Assembly (NCBI GenBank): GCA_031387975.1 | Contig: JANNDV010000008.1 | Coordinates: 1-64,000, forward strand | Reading direction: 5' to 3' | From: Acaryochloridaceae cyanobacterium OTE_75_metabat_521 | Lineage (GTDB): Bacteria > Cyanobacteriota > Cyanobacteriia > Thermosynechococcales > Thermosynechococcaceae | Length of the DNA: 64,000 bases | In this document: in pieces, positions 27,672-37,222 of the stretch | Numbering within the stretch: the first letter of the stretch is position 1 | Layout of the letters: each line of letters starts with the position of its first letter | The notes under the pieces: generated by a model | The model's input: only the letters and a program-made list of their open reading frames with translations | Database searches by the model: none | What the model was told of the DNA's origin: nothing | Made by a program: the position numbers and the translations under genes

Positions 27672-28502
27672 ATGGCAGAAAGACTCCAAAAAATTCTGGC
27701 TCAGTGGGGCATTGCCTCTCGCCGTCGTGCAGAGCAGCTCATCTTAGAGGGGCAGGTACGGGTGAATGGCCGCATTGCGGTCTTGGGTCAAAAGGCAGAT
27801 CCTAATGCAGATTTGATTGAAGTGAATGGGAACTGTGTAGGGCGGACTCTTGGCGCGGACTCTTGGTGCGAAGCTAAGCTATCGCCGTCTCGCCCCACCC
27901 ACATCTATCTGCTGCTCCATAAGCCCTTGGGCGTTGTGAGTACCTGTGCTGACCCCCAAGGGCGACCCACTGTTTTAGCGCTGCTGCCGTTAGAGTACCA
28001 AAACATCGGGCTGCACCCCGTTGGGCGACTGGATGTACAAACAACCGGAGCGCTACTGCTCACCAATGACGGTGAGTTTACGTTTCACCTCACCCATCCG
28101 AGGCACCAAGTCACCAAAACCTATGAAGTATTGGTGCAGGGTAATCCTAGCCCGAGAACCCTTAACCAATGGCGAATTGGAATTTTACTAGATGGGCGAC
28201 AAACGCGGCCTGCCCAAGTGCAGGTTTTACGGCCTTGGACAACATCGCAAAATAATGTATTACTTCAGGTTATTTTACAAGAAGGGCGCAAACGTCAGAT
28301 TCGGCTTGTTGCAAAAGCGCTAGGCCATCGGGTGCTGAAGCTCCATCGAAGTCATATTGGATCCATTGCGCTACAGGATATTGATGGATGTATATTAAGC
28401 CCAGGGCAATATCGATCCCTAACGTCTTCTGAAACTTCGGCGTTGCATCCTATTATCAATATCAAGGATCGCGCTGCACCCCTAAAGGAACCCACCCCAT
28501 GA
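27672..28502 (+). CDS. rRNA pseudouridine synthase (RsuA/RluB family; S4 + PseudoU_synth_2)
   Basis: The N-terminal S4 domain (ERLQKILAQWGIASRRRAEQLILEGQVRVNGR) is followed by the catalytic motif HPVGRLDVQTTGALLLTNDG. Confidence 0.8.
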   Translation: MAERLQKILAQWGIASRRRAEQLILEGQVRVNGRIAVLGQKADPNADLIEVNGNCVGRTLGADSWCEAKLSPSRPTHIYLLLHKPLGVVSTCADPQGRPTVLALLPLEYQNIGLHPVGRLDVQTTGALLLTNDGEFTFHLTHPRHQVTKTYEVLVQGNPSPRTLNQWRIGILLDGRQTRPAQVQVLRPWTTSQNNVLLQVILQEGRKRQIRLVAKALGHRVLKLHRSHIGSIALQDIDGCILSPGQYRSLTSSETSALHPIINIKDRAAPLKEPTP

Positions 28503-29251
28503 GTAGCCCTAGCCCTACTAGCTTCGACCAAGAGCAAGTTCAAAAACTGACTGAAATTGGTACACATCTACGCAATCTCCGCGCTAAAAAAGGGCTGTCC
28601 CTTGAAGAAATCGCAACCAAAACAATGGTGCAGCAGCGTTTTCTAGATGCCATTGAAAAAGGAGATATCGAACAGCTCCCAGAACCGCTCTATATTCGCG
28701 GCTTTATTCGTCGCTTTGCAGACACTTTAGGCATTGACGGTACGCCCCTCTCCGAGTCTTTCCCCTTGGGCAACGCCCAGGTTGGCTCTGCTAACGCTAA
28801 GTTTTCAAACGGGGGCAGTACGCCGCTACGGCCTTGGCATCTCTATGCAATTTACTTGGCAGCCGTGTTGGGGGCTGTCGCATTGCTATACGCGTTGTTT
28901 AAGCCCGCAGAGTCCCCTTCTGGGACGCTAAGTAGCCGCCCTTCTCCTGCCGTCGCTTCCTCTAGCCCTTCTCAAAAGGCAGTCGCCAAGCCGCCCGTTA
29001 AAACCGCCCCTGTGCAGGCTCAGCTTAATATCAAAGCGGATTCTTATCTCACCATTCAGGCCGACGGGCAGCCCAGCTATGACGGCATTCTGAAGGCTGG
29101 TGAAGCCAAAACAATTACGGCGAAACAATCTATTCAGCTTTTTGCTGGCAATGCTGGGGGCGTGATGCTGGGTATCAATGGTCAACCCGCAAAGCTCATG
29201 GGTCAACCCGGTGAGGTCAAGGATGTAACCCTGACCCCCACCAGCAAATAG
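28499..29251 (+). CDS. rodZ: RodZ-like cytoskeleton protein (HTH_25 + Pro/Ser-rich linker + DUF4115)
   Basis: The N-terminal HTH is LTEIGTHLRNLRAKKGLSLEEIATKT. A TM segment and a Pro/Ser/Ala-rich spacer follow. The conserved C-terminal domain matches RodZ architecture. Confidence 0.6.
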   Translation: MSSPSPTSFDQEQVQKLTEIGTHLRNLRAKKGLSLEEIATKTMVQQRFLDAIEKGDIEQLPEPLYIRGFIRRFADTLGIDGTPLSESFPLGNAQVGSANAKFSNGGSTPLRPWHLYAIYLAAVLGAVALLYALFKPAESPSGTLSSRPSPAVASSSPSQKAVAKPPVKTAPVQAQLNIKADSYLTIQADGQPSYDGILKAGEAKTITAKQSIQLFAGNAGGVMLGINGQPAKLMGQPGEVKDVTLTPTSK

Positions 29252-29287
29252 TTGGGTTGAATAGAGACTGTGACGGCTTTTTCTAAT

Positions 29288-30196
29288 CTAACGTCTAGCT
29301 TGAGCCGCAGCGGGTGCCGTTATGATTGAGCGCCCAATGGGAAGAATGCGATCGCCGTCAGAAGCCACTGTCGTGCCGTCACGATTGACTGCTACAAGGG
29401 CAGTATTTTGCTCCCCTAAGATAGCAGTGCGAAATAGAATCTGATCGGGATTGCGATGACTCCAGCCCAGCAGAATTGCGGTGTCATAGTCTTGTGGGAC
29501 TGGCGCAACGGTTTTGAACTGCTGGGTGTTTCGATTCCAGACGAGGGCGTAGTCTGAAGAGACGTCTGACCCAAAGACGGCCTCAAACTGTCGAGCCAAA
29601 AGCTGCTGTCCGTCTTTAGACCAAGTGGCAGGCATCAGAATACTCAGGGTGCCGATGGCTGCGGTGCCTGAAGTTTCTTTTACCATTCCATCTCCTAAAT
29701 GCATGGAGGAGGCGATGTTCTGGACCTCAGCGCCCTTTGCATTGGTAATAATGAGATGACTCACCACACGACTTTGTGTCACCACTGGATGCAGCTCAAG
29801 GCTAATCTCTGAATGTGCGTTTCGTTGACCATCTGGAGAGGCGATCACCCCGCTGATAGACCGTAGTGTGATCACTTTTCCGGTCTGAGTCGCCTGAGTC
29901 TGGTTCTGCCAGATCATGCCCCAAGGGATAGGGTAGGCACTCTGGAGTGGATCTTGCGCTTGCGTTGCAGGAGCTGCTTGAGATGAATTTCGCACCGGAG
30001 CAGTGCGTGAAACTGGCGATGAGACTGGGGGTGCAGATTGAATCAGCGAGAGGGGCGTCACTAAAGACTGCGACCTTGCTGGGAACTGCATTAAGCCTTG
30101 CAGTCCTGATGTCAAAAGAATAGAAGCCGCTAAAAATCCACACACAAACTGGGGACAGCGTCCCCACTGAAGCAGCACGACGCGAGGCGAAATCAT
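29288..30196 (-). CDS. Hypothetical secreted protein
   Basis: 302 aa with an N-terminal signal/TM. No assignable family. Confidence 0.4.
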   Translation of the reverse strand: MISPRVVLLQWGRCPQFVCGFLAASILLTSGLQGLMQFPARSQSLVTPLSLIQSAPPVSSPVSRTAPVRNSSQAAPATQAQDPLQSAYPIPWGMIWQNQTQATQTGKVITLRSISGVIASPDGQRNAHSEISLELHPVVTQSRVVSHLIITNAKGAEVQNIASSMHLGDGMVKETSGTAAIGTLSILMPATWSKDGQQLLARQFEAVFGSDVSSDYALVWNRNTQQFKTVAPVPQDYDTAILLGWSHRNPDQILFRTAILGEQNTALVAVNRDGTTVASDGDRILPIGRSIITAPAAAQARR

Positions 30197-30452
30197 GGTG
30201 AAGTCTCAAATGAAGTGTCGCGCTTGGGAGACCTGTTGCAAAGGCCAACGCGCTCTATATCCGGTATAGCAATCCTGAGAGGGAAACGCAATGGTTAATG
30301 GCACTCGTTCACGAGATTTAATTTAGCTGTATAAATCCGTCACAAATCTACGTGTAAATGAGAGACCATCCAGGACGGATATCTCTCCAGTTTTGGGGCA
30401 ATTCCATCGGTTTTCTGGGACAATCTAAACCAAGGGAGAACCGTACAATAAA

Positions 30453-30497
30453 GGCAACCCCATCAGGCAGCCCCATCAGGCAACCCCATCAGGCAAC
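30453..30497. repeat. Tandem 13-bp repeat, 3.5 copies (GGCARCCCCATCA)
   Basis: ggcaaccccatca ggcagccccatca ggcaaccccatca ggcaac is read directly from the sequence. It is intergenic, ~90 nt upstream of the 30587 ORF. Confidence 0.7.
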
Positions 30498-30586
30498 AAT
30501 TTCCTTTTCGCTCTCGTCAAGTTAGCGATAAAGCCTTTCTGATTAAGAACTCTCATTAAGAATTTTTTCTTACCCCCATACCTCCT

Positions 30587-31084
30587 ATGTTCAGTCGTCT
30601 TTCTCAATGGGTTACAGTCAGCCTTCTGGTTTCTGGCACGGCGACAGGATTATTTGCTGCCGCTCCAGCAAGGGCTGAACTAGAGCAGGGGACAACTTTA
30701 GTGCTAGCTGCTCCGGCTCAAAATGTAGATATGCGAGGCTATGTGAAAGGAGCAGTGGCGCTTTTTAAGACCGTGGGCGATCGCGACAGTAATCAAAAGC
30801 GCTGCATGGGCTACGGATCTTTGACCCCAGACCACACGCTGCAAGTTTCGCAAAAAACGTCTCAGGTGACGCTTCAAGTTAGAAGCAAACAGCAGCAAGA
30901 CACAACGCTAGTGGTCGAAGGGCCAGACAATCGGCTGTACTGCTCCGATGATTCTTCTCAGGGCGGCAAAGAAGCAAGGCTGGTGCTAACAGACCTTAAA
31001 GCTGGAAACTATCGGGTCTGGATTGGCGCTTTTGAGCCAGGCGCAGGATTCCGATACACTCTTAATGTTAAATCTCAACCCTAA
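30587..31084 (+). CDS. Hypothetical secreted protein
   Basis: 165 aa. Signal peptide (LLVSGTATGLFAAAPARA). No family. Confidence 0.4.
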   Translation: MFSRLSQWVTVSLLVSGTATGLFAAAPARAELEQGTTLVLAAPAQNVDMRGYVKGAVALFKTVGDRDSNQKRCMGYGSLTPDHTLQVSQKTSQVTLQVRSKQQQDTTLVVEGPDNRLYCSDDSSQGGKEARLVLTDLKAGNYRVWIGAFEPGAGFRYTLNVKSQP

Positions 31085-31358
31085 GGTTTTCGGGATTCTC
31101 GATGATTTAGAACATCAACCCATATTCCAGTAACAATAGTTCGAGCAGAATTTTGGCAGGTTCTGAGGCTCAAACTTTTATCCAGCAATAAGCAGGATTT
31201 TTTGTCAGAGCTTTGTAAACCCATTCAGAAAACTGTCTATGGTATTGCCATAAGGATTTCAATGGAACGGATAATCACGATATCCTTATGTTGCAAGTTC
31301 GTCCGCTAACACGCAATTCGTCAAAAAAATAATATTTCTAAAGAAGAGATATTTAAAA

Positions 31359-32015
31359 ATGAGTGTTAAGTATAACTTTACGGGCTTAAAAAATATCTAT
31401 TTAGAGGCTCTCATACGAGCTGACCCAACATTAGTATTTGAGATAGTGCAAGGGCGTGGTCGATTTGTTTTTATGATGTTTTTCTCTAGCGAAGATAAAG
31501 AATCAAAAGATAGATTGTTCATTCAATTGAGGAATACAAAGGTATTCTTAGAGCTGAAGGTGTATGGCAGTCACAGAAACGGTGACTTCCTAATTTATTT
31601 GGATGACAGTAATCAACAAAAAATCATTAATGAGTTGCAGCTTGAAAAAAGTGGAGAAGGATTTTTCTTTGACAACTTTTTGTCACAATTGAATCAGCAA
31701 ATTCCAATTAAGCTAACTCTTCAAACCAAATTAGTGAAGGTTAGGGAAGTCTGGCCAGAAGTGGGACATCGCTTGAGTAGCGTAGTTGATGAAGCAGACA
31801 AAAATATCTTAATGGGTATCAAGAAATTACCGGAGGGCAAGAAACCTCAGGATAAAACCCTCAGAAAGCTATATATTTACACTAATGGTCATGCTGATGT
31901 CATTACGAATCTGATTTCTTCACTCAAAGCTGCAAGAGTAACCCTAGCATGGACTCATAGGCAAGATGTTGCAGAAAAAAGTCTCTCAGAGATCATGGCT
32001 ATGATAAATTCTTGA
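31359..32015 (+). CDS. Hypothetical protein in AT-rich island
   Basis: 218 aa. Its AT-rich composition contrasts with the flanking chromosome. No family. Confidence 0.35.
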   Translation: MSVKYNFTGLKNIYLEALIRADPTLVFEIVQGRGRFVFMMFFSSEDKESKDRLFIQLRNTKVFLELKVYGSHRNGDFLIYLDDSNQQKIINELQLEKSGEGFFFDNFLSQLNQQIPIKLTLQTKLVKVREVWPEVGHRLSSVVDEADKNILMGIKKLPEGKKPQDKTLRKLYIYTNGHADVITNLISSLKAARVTLAWTHRQDVAEKSLSEIMAMINS

Positions 32016-32200
32016 CACTATGTTAAATTTTTCAAAACTTAGGTCTAATAACCCCACTAAGGGCTGCTCAAAATACCTTGCCATTTAGTCTATTTGATAT
32101 TTTTACTAACGCTCTTTATGACGGATCGTTAATCTAGTCTCTTTTCTAACTCAACTTCATATCTATTCTTTGTCTGTATTTTCTTGACTTCTTTTATACT

Positions 32201-32734
32201 TCAAAAGAAGGCTTCTAACCCAAGCTCTTTCGCTGAATCTTTTGCACTCGGTACTGATTGTACATATCTTTCAACAGCAGCAGCCATGTATTCCTCGGAA
32301 GGCCAATACCCTTCGACAAAAGTAACAATTGATTCTGCTACTTCAATTCCTGATTCTTCGTCTAACTTTGGACCTGTAGAAATCTTAAGTACATGACTAA
32401 TAAAAGTGTCATCTCTAATATCAAGATGTGGATCATTTTCCAGCATCCAGCTAAAAAGACGTTCCCAACTTAGACTAAGAAGATCTATATTCTGATATTT
32501 ATCTTTGTAAATTAATTCTGAGTCACTAATTTCTATGGCAAGGCATATTTCGGTGTTAGTATTATAGTCTATACGAAGCCTACTGAAATCATAGTAATCT
32601 GACAAATATAAATTGTCTGAATAAGAAGACTTTGGTTCTCCAAATATAGATATGACTTCCTGGCGAGCCATTCCTAATTTGATTAGTCCTACTCCTTTGC
32701 CTAATTCAATTTCATATCTATTTTTTGCTTGCAT
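32201..32734 (-). CDS. Putative immunity protein of degenerate toxin module
   Basis: The ATG at 32732-32734 lies 1 nt after the stop of the upstream toxin-like ORF, with AAGGAG 8 nt upstream, as in the 24.4-kb locus. A truncated paralogous N-terminus (QTKNRYEVELEKRLD*) lies just downstream at ~32150-32200. The ORF track's longer version (to 32800) overlaps the toxin ORF. Confidence 0.4.
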   Translation of the reverse strand: MQAKNRYEIELGKGVGLIKLGMARQEVISIFGEPKSSYSDNLYLSDYYDFSRLRIDYNTNTEICLAIEISDSELIYKDKYQNIDLLSLSWERLFSWMLENDPHLDIRDDTFISHVLKISTGPKLDEESGIEVAESIVTFVEGYWPSEEYMAAAVERYVQSVPSAKDSAKELGLEAFF

Positions 32735-32735
32735 T

Positions 32736-33800
32736 TTATTGACTCCTTCTATATTTTTTGAGCATTTGTCGAATTGAAATATCGTACAAGCCTGGAGCAA
32801 CTCTATTTACATCTTTTATATCCTCGATGATTGCTTCATCTGTCTTGCCATGATCTATCAATGATTTCTGGTTGGCGCGATAACGAACAGCTCTAGGGCC
32901 TCTTCCATTGCTGGCAGTTTCCTTATGATGTTCGGTATACATCCAAATTGCAGAACCTTGAGCCGTCGGAAGCAGATTCACAGAGTCTGCTGGCATGTGA
33001 TGCACCTGACCGCCTACCGTATTGGCTCTCACCTCGCCATGCGTCCCACCCAGTTTTGCCTCAATAATTTTTATTCCTGGAGGAGCATTCACTAGACCGT
33101 TATTCACCCACTGCACTAAATCCGCATCCGGTATGGCTACCCTCATGCCATACCCGCACTGATTGGCAATAATTGACTGTCGCTCTCACTCTGGAAGTTT
33201 GCCTTTAATAAACTTTTGCGCTTTGGCCTCTTCCACCTTGCTTGATGGCGGCATAATCGGCTCAACTTCATACACCTGCTTTTTTAGCCCTTGGTGCTTT
33301 TTCTCGTCTCCGCGATACATTCCGTCGAATAAGGCGGAATGACCGTTTGGGTCAACAATTAAGGTTGGGTTATCGGATCCGGTTAGAGCTTTCACTATCA
33401 TCGATTTAGGTTGTCCACCATTGCCAATCCCCAACTGCATGACCGTACAGAAGCGATCATTTCTGAAACTGCCATCGGCGTATTTGAGTGCTTCTTTATG
33501 CTTACTGTTCTCTAGTCCTTTAATTTGTTCTGCCGTCAAATTCTTGAATGCTTTTTTCTCAGCTTCGCTGCCGATGGTTTCGCCCGTTAGGGGATTCTTA
33601 CCCATCTTCTGCATGTTGTAAATTTTCTTAAAATCCTCTTGGGTCATCCAAGGAATTTTAGGGATAGGAAAGGGAAAGGGAAGACCGCGCGGAATCGGAA
33701 CAGCCTGGGCAATCTGTTGAGGTTTAGCTTTTGGAATTTGCTTATGAAAGTCATTGTTACGATTGTTATCTGGGCGTTTGCCGGAATCGAAAACCATCAC
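32736..33800 (-). pseudogene. Orphan toxin C-terminal module of the same xHH family as 24386..26599, interrupted by an in-frame TGA
   Basis: ORFs 33186..33800 and 32736..33146 are in the same frame, separated only by TGA at 33186-33188 (…KGKLPE*ERQSII…). The downstream part contains GGQVHHMPADS and TEHHKET. These are homologous to GSQVHHLYADN and HNTQHKK of the 737-aa protein. There is no long N-terminal delivery region. Confidence 0.5.
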
Positions 33801-34083
33801 CTAAGCCCTGGATAAATTGCCTGAGTAATAGTTTGACAAAAAATGGTGCTTTTGAGCTACTGAATACCCAAGTTGATGTTCCGATATTTTTGCCCCCTTG
33901 AAATGAACACCCTAGAATGACGATACAGCAAGCGTCTTTGAGTCCTTTAGGTTAGCATCTGCGATTATTAAGCAAGTAAAAATCACAATGCTGGCGGTAA
34001 AATAACTTCAGCGGTTCAGGTCACTATCCTTAGTCTGTCTGGCTCCTGCATATACTGCAATAGAGCGTTATGCTATTTCATGC

Positions 34084-34731
34084 TTATTTTGCAAGTCCAT
34101 CCGGTGATGCAGATGATGGTAGTGGTGTTGAAGTAGAGACTGATTTAGGCGCAACCGCCGCCTTGACCTGCCATTCCGATAAAGGGCGATTCACTGCATC
34201 TAGAAACCCTGTGGGCACTAGAACAACCTCTATTTTTTTTGTCGCAGCAGCAGAACCTGGATCAATTTGGGCATACACCGCGCTCTGATTAAAATTTTGG
34301 ATGCCCAACATGATTTGGTGAGTTTTTTGGTCTTTAAGCTTTAGAACAAGGGTTGCGGTGGGCTTGTCTAGACCAAATTCTTTGAGCTGAGCTGGCTCAA
34401 CCTGAAGGGTGCGCTCACTGGTGCCTGTTGCTAAAAGATTTAGCAACAAGGTGACAGCGCCTTCATCGGCAGCACCAGCCTTAGGAGCCTTGAGCTGCCA
34501 GCCTTTATCCGTTTTTTCTAGCTTTAGACTTTGGTTTTTAGCTTCAATAGTGAGCTGCGTAACGTCGGCTTCTTTGAGCGCGAAGATCGGTTTCGCTGCC
34601 TTTTTTGCCTCAGAAGTTTGAGGTTGCCCAGAGCGGGATTGATCCCACGCATAGATGCCGATCGCCGATAAGAGGGCGATCGCCAGCATTACCACCGTGC
34701 TTAATTTCAGTTTCATCGGCGTTTCCACCAT
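34084..34731 (-). CDS. DUF4340-like protein (GldG-associated)
   Basis: 215 aa with an N-terminal TM anchor. It is the last gene of an ABC ATPase / ABC-2 permease / GldG operon, the position DUF4340 proteins typically occupy in cyanobacteria. Confidence 0.5.
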   Translation of the reverse strand: MVETPMKLKLSTVVMLAIALLSAIGIYAWDQSRSGQPQTSEAKKAAKPIFALKEADVTQLTIEAKNQSLKLEKTDKGWQLKAPKAGAADEGAVTLLLNLLATGTSERTLQVEPAQLKEFGLDKPTATLVLKLKDQKTHQIMLGIQNFNQSAVYAQIDPGSAAATKKIEVVLVPTGFLDAVNRPLSEWQVKAAVAPKSVSTSTPLPSSASPDGLAK

Positions 34732-36332
34732 AGGTAAGCGGCGGAACCAAAGGCGGATAGAGGTAGAAATCCTAGACCCACCAGCGTTAAAATCCGCCAG
34801 TTGGTTGGGTTTAGCTCAATGCGACGATCTTTGAGTTCTTTGGGACGAATAGAGAGGCTCGGGTCGTCGGCACCGCTGCCCAGCCACGTAACTGCGTTCA
34901 GAAATAGGTCGCTATTGAGGACTTGAGGATTGGCTACGGTGGCAAAGTCAGAATCTCCAATCACCACCATCTTGGCCTGTACTTTTGTCGGAGATGGCTT
35001 TGCGGCAGCGCCAGCTTTGGCCTTATCGGTCACAGCAGGCGTCGTCTCAAAGGTGCGGGTAATGGCAACACCCACGGTTAAAGGTCCCTTGCGATCGCGG
35101 GCTGCATCAAACTGAAGTTTCGGCTGATTAGAGTCGGCCTCTGCCCAGCTTTGAGGGCTGGTCTTGAGCAATTCTGTAACCTGCTCCTCGGCAGAAGGCG
35201 GCTGAACCGTGATGGCCTGTACCAGCGGAAAGAACGATGGCCCTTGTCCAAAATCTTTGGTGATGGGGTGTGCGCCATACTGCGTCACGAGGGGGATGGC
35301 AGGCCCTAAGCCCAAGAGCTGACCAGAGCCAGAGGCATCGACCACCACGCGGTTGTCGAGGGTAACACCCCAGTCTTTGAGCAGTGGGTCAAGCCCCGTC
35401 TTGACGGCGGGGTCTAGCATTAGCATGAGCGCTCTACCCTGCTTGAGATAGTCCTGAAGCAGTTTAACTTCACCCTCTAAATACACGCGCTTTGGTCCTG
35501 TAATCACCAGCACGTTTGCGTCGGTCGGAATCTGCTTTTGCTCTAGCAAATTAAGCACATTAACGTTAAAGTCTCGTTTTTTTAGCTCTGTAATTGCGCC
35601 GTCAATATTGCCCTGTCCGCCATTGATGGGCGCTTCGCCGTGCCCCTGAAGAATGTACGCATTGGCTTTGCGATCGCGCAGTAGAGAAGCCACCGCAGGG
35701 GTGAGGTTGGTTTCGCTGAGGTCGCCTTCTAAGGTTTTGGTGCGATCGCCTGTTTCCAAAACAACCTCACCCAGGGCGCGCACCTTATACTTTTCGGCAA
35801 GTGTCGGCTGGGCTTGGGGGTCAATAAATTCAAAGCTGAGGCGATCGGGGTTTTGGCGACGGTACTGCTCGAGTAGACCCTGCTGAACGGGGGTCGGCTG
35901 ATTGCTAAAAACGCGCACCTTCAGGGGCTGCTTGAGGGTTTTGATGAGCTGTTTGGTTTGGGGCGCTAAAGAAAACTGCTGGTTCTCGGTGAAGTCAATT
36001 TGGCCTGGAATCCGCACCGCCAAAAAATTGAGTCCGCCCAAAATGACCACCACTGCAATTGTGGTGAGTAGCGCGTTGGTACCCGTCTGGACAGAGCGCT
36101 GCCGCCACCAAGGAGACGCGGAGTCACTGGCATTCATCCAGCGCAGAGAGAGCCAAAGGGCGATCGCCACCAGCCCTGCTACCACTAACCCAATCCCCAC
36201 GGGCGACCAAGCGCCAGAGATTAAACTCGCGCTCCCCCCCGCAATCATTAGCCCAAGACCCACCCAAAAAAGTGGATTGACCAGCTTTGGATTGAGATTT
36301 AGCTTTGGCTTTGCCAACAAACGTTTCACCAC
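34713..36332 (-). CDS. GldG-like ABC-transporter auxiliary component
   Basis: 539 aa. An N-terminal TM pair and a large periplasmic domain match the ABC-type uncharacterized transport system auxiliary component (GldG family) architecture. It overlaps the downstream gene. Confidence 0.65.
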   Translation of the reverse strand: MVKRLLAKPKLNLNPKLVNPLFWVGLGLMIAGGSASLISGAWSPVGIGLVVAGLVAIALWLSLRWMNASDSASPWWRQRSVQTGTNALLTTIAVVVILGGLNFLAVRIPGQIDFTENQQFSLAPQTKQLIKTLKQPLKVRVFSNQPTPVQQGLLEQYRRQNPDRLSFEFIDPQAQPTLAEKYKVRALGEVVLETGDRTKTLEGDLSETNLTPAVASLLRDRKANAYILQGHGEAPINGGQGNIDGAITELKKRDFNVNVLNLLEQKQIPTDANVLVITGPKRVYLEGEVKLLQDYLKQGRALMLMLDPAVKTGLDPLLKDWGVTLDNRVVVDASGSGQLLGLGPAIPLVTQYGAHPITKDFGQGPSFFPLVQAITVQPPSAEEQVTELLKTSPQSWAEADSNQPKLQFDAARDRKGPLTVGVAITRTFETTPAVTDKAKAGAAAKPSPTKVQAKMVVIGDSDFATVANPQVLNSDLFLNAVTWLGSGADDPSLSIRPKELKDRRIELNPTNWRILTLVGLGFLPLSAFGSAAYLWWKRR

Positions 36333-36418
36333 TGAATTTTCCTATTTTGTGAATCAGCCAATCATGCAGTTTCTATACAAGGCGCAAAAGCCCTGCTAGG
36401 CTTCGTTTAAGTCATCCG

Positions 36419-37222
36419 TCAAGACTGCTGAAAGCGAATAAGATCAATCGACTGAGCCGTCAAGAACAGCCCTAAGACCACATAGCTGACAAATAAGACC
36501 ACGCTGGAGCTATCGAGCATCCCTTGGGTCAAACTGGTGTAGTGCTTGAGCAGCGAAAGATGCTTTAAAATCTCTCCTCCTGCGCCCCCCAGGGTCTGAC
36601 CCAGAAAATCTAGAATCCACAGCACCAGTACCAGCACAAAGGTTAAAAATGCTGCCACAATGGCGCTGTCATTGAGAGAAGAAATGAACATCCCCAAAGA
36701 AAGCACTGCTGCCGCCAGCAAAATAATGCCAAGATGCCCCACAAAGAAAATTTGTAGCGGAAATGCAGGTTTGGCAGCGTTCAGCAAAAACAGCTCCAGC
36801 ATCGCAATCGGGAAAATTAGTGTGATCACAAAGACCAGTACCGCCATCAGCTTGCCCACGGCAACCGCCCAATTGGTAATGGGGGACGTAGCTAAAAGCT
36901 CTAAGGTGTGGCGCTTACGCTCCTCGGTATAGAGATTCATCGACAGCACGGGCAGAATAAACAGCAAAATGGAACCCATCACCGACAAGAAATTTTGCAA
37001 AACGAGGGTGGGCACATCAAGGGGTGCGCCGCCGCCTTGCCCCATCTGCCGCCCCAAATCGTTTTGAGTGGCGTACTGAATCACCTGCTGAGACACCAGC
37101 ACCAGAAACAGCGCTGTCAAAATCCAAAAGAAGCCAGCGATGATGTACGACAGCGGCGACTTAAAGTAGCTTTGCAGCTCCTTGCGGAAGATGGCGTCAA
37201 TATTAGCCAATACCGTAATCAT
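36419..37222 (-). CDS. ABC-2 family transporter permease
   Basis: 267 aa with six predicted TM segments. It overlaps the ATPase gene (ATGA-type coupling). Confidence 0.75.
   Translation of the reverse strand: MITVLANIDAIFRKELQSYFKSPLSYIIAGFFWILTALFLVLVSQQVIQYATQNDLGRQMGQGGGAPLDVPTLVLQNFLSVMGSILLFILPVLSMNLYTEERKRHTLELLATSPITNWAVAVGKLMAVLVFVITLIFPIAMLELFLLNAAKPAFPLQIFFVGHLGIILLAAAVLSLGMFISSLNDSAIVAAFLTFVLVLVLWILDFLGQTLGGAGGEILKHLSLLKHYTSLTQGMLDSSSVVLFVSYVVLGLFLTAQSIDLIRFQQS

Noticed and set aside
30453-30497. Possible CRISPR array
   Set aside because: The repeat unit is only 13 bp, the copies are directly tandem with no spacers, and there are no cas genes nearby. It is a simple tandem repeat.
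33186-33188. In-frame TGA in the orphan toxin gene as a selenocysteine or programmed readthrough codon
   Set aside because: There is no SECIS-like stem-loop immediately downstream and no selenoprotein context. A nonsense mutation in a decaying orphan cassette, or a sequencing error, is far more parsimonious.
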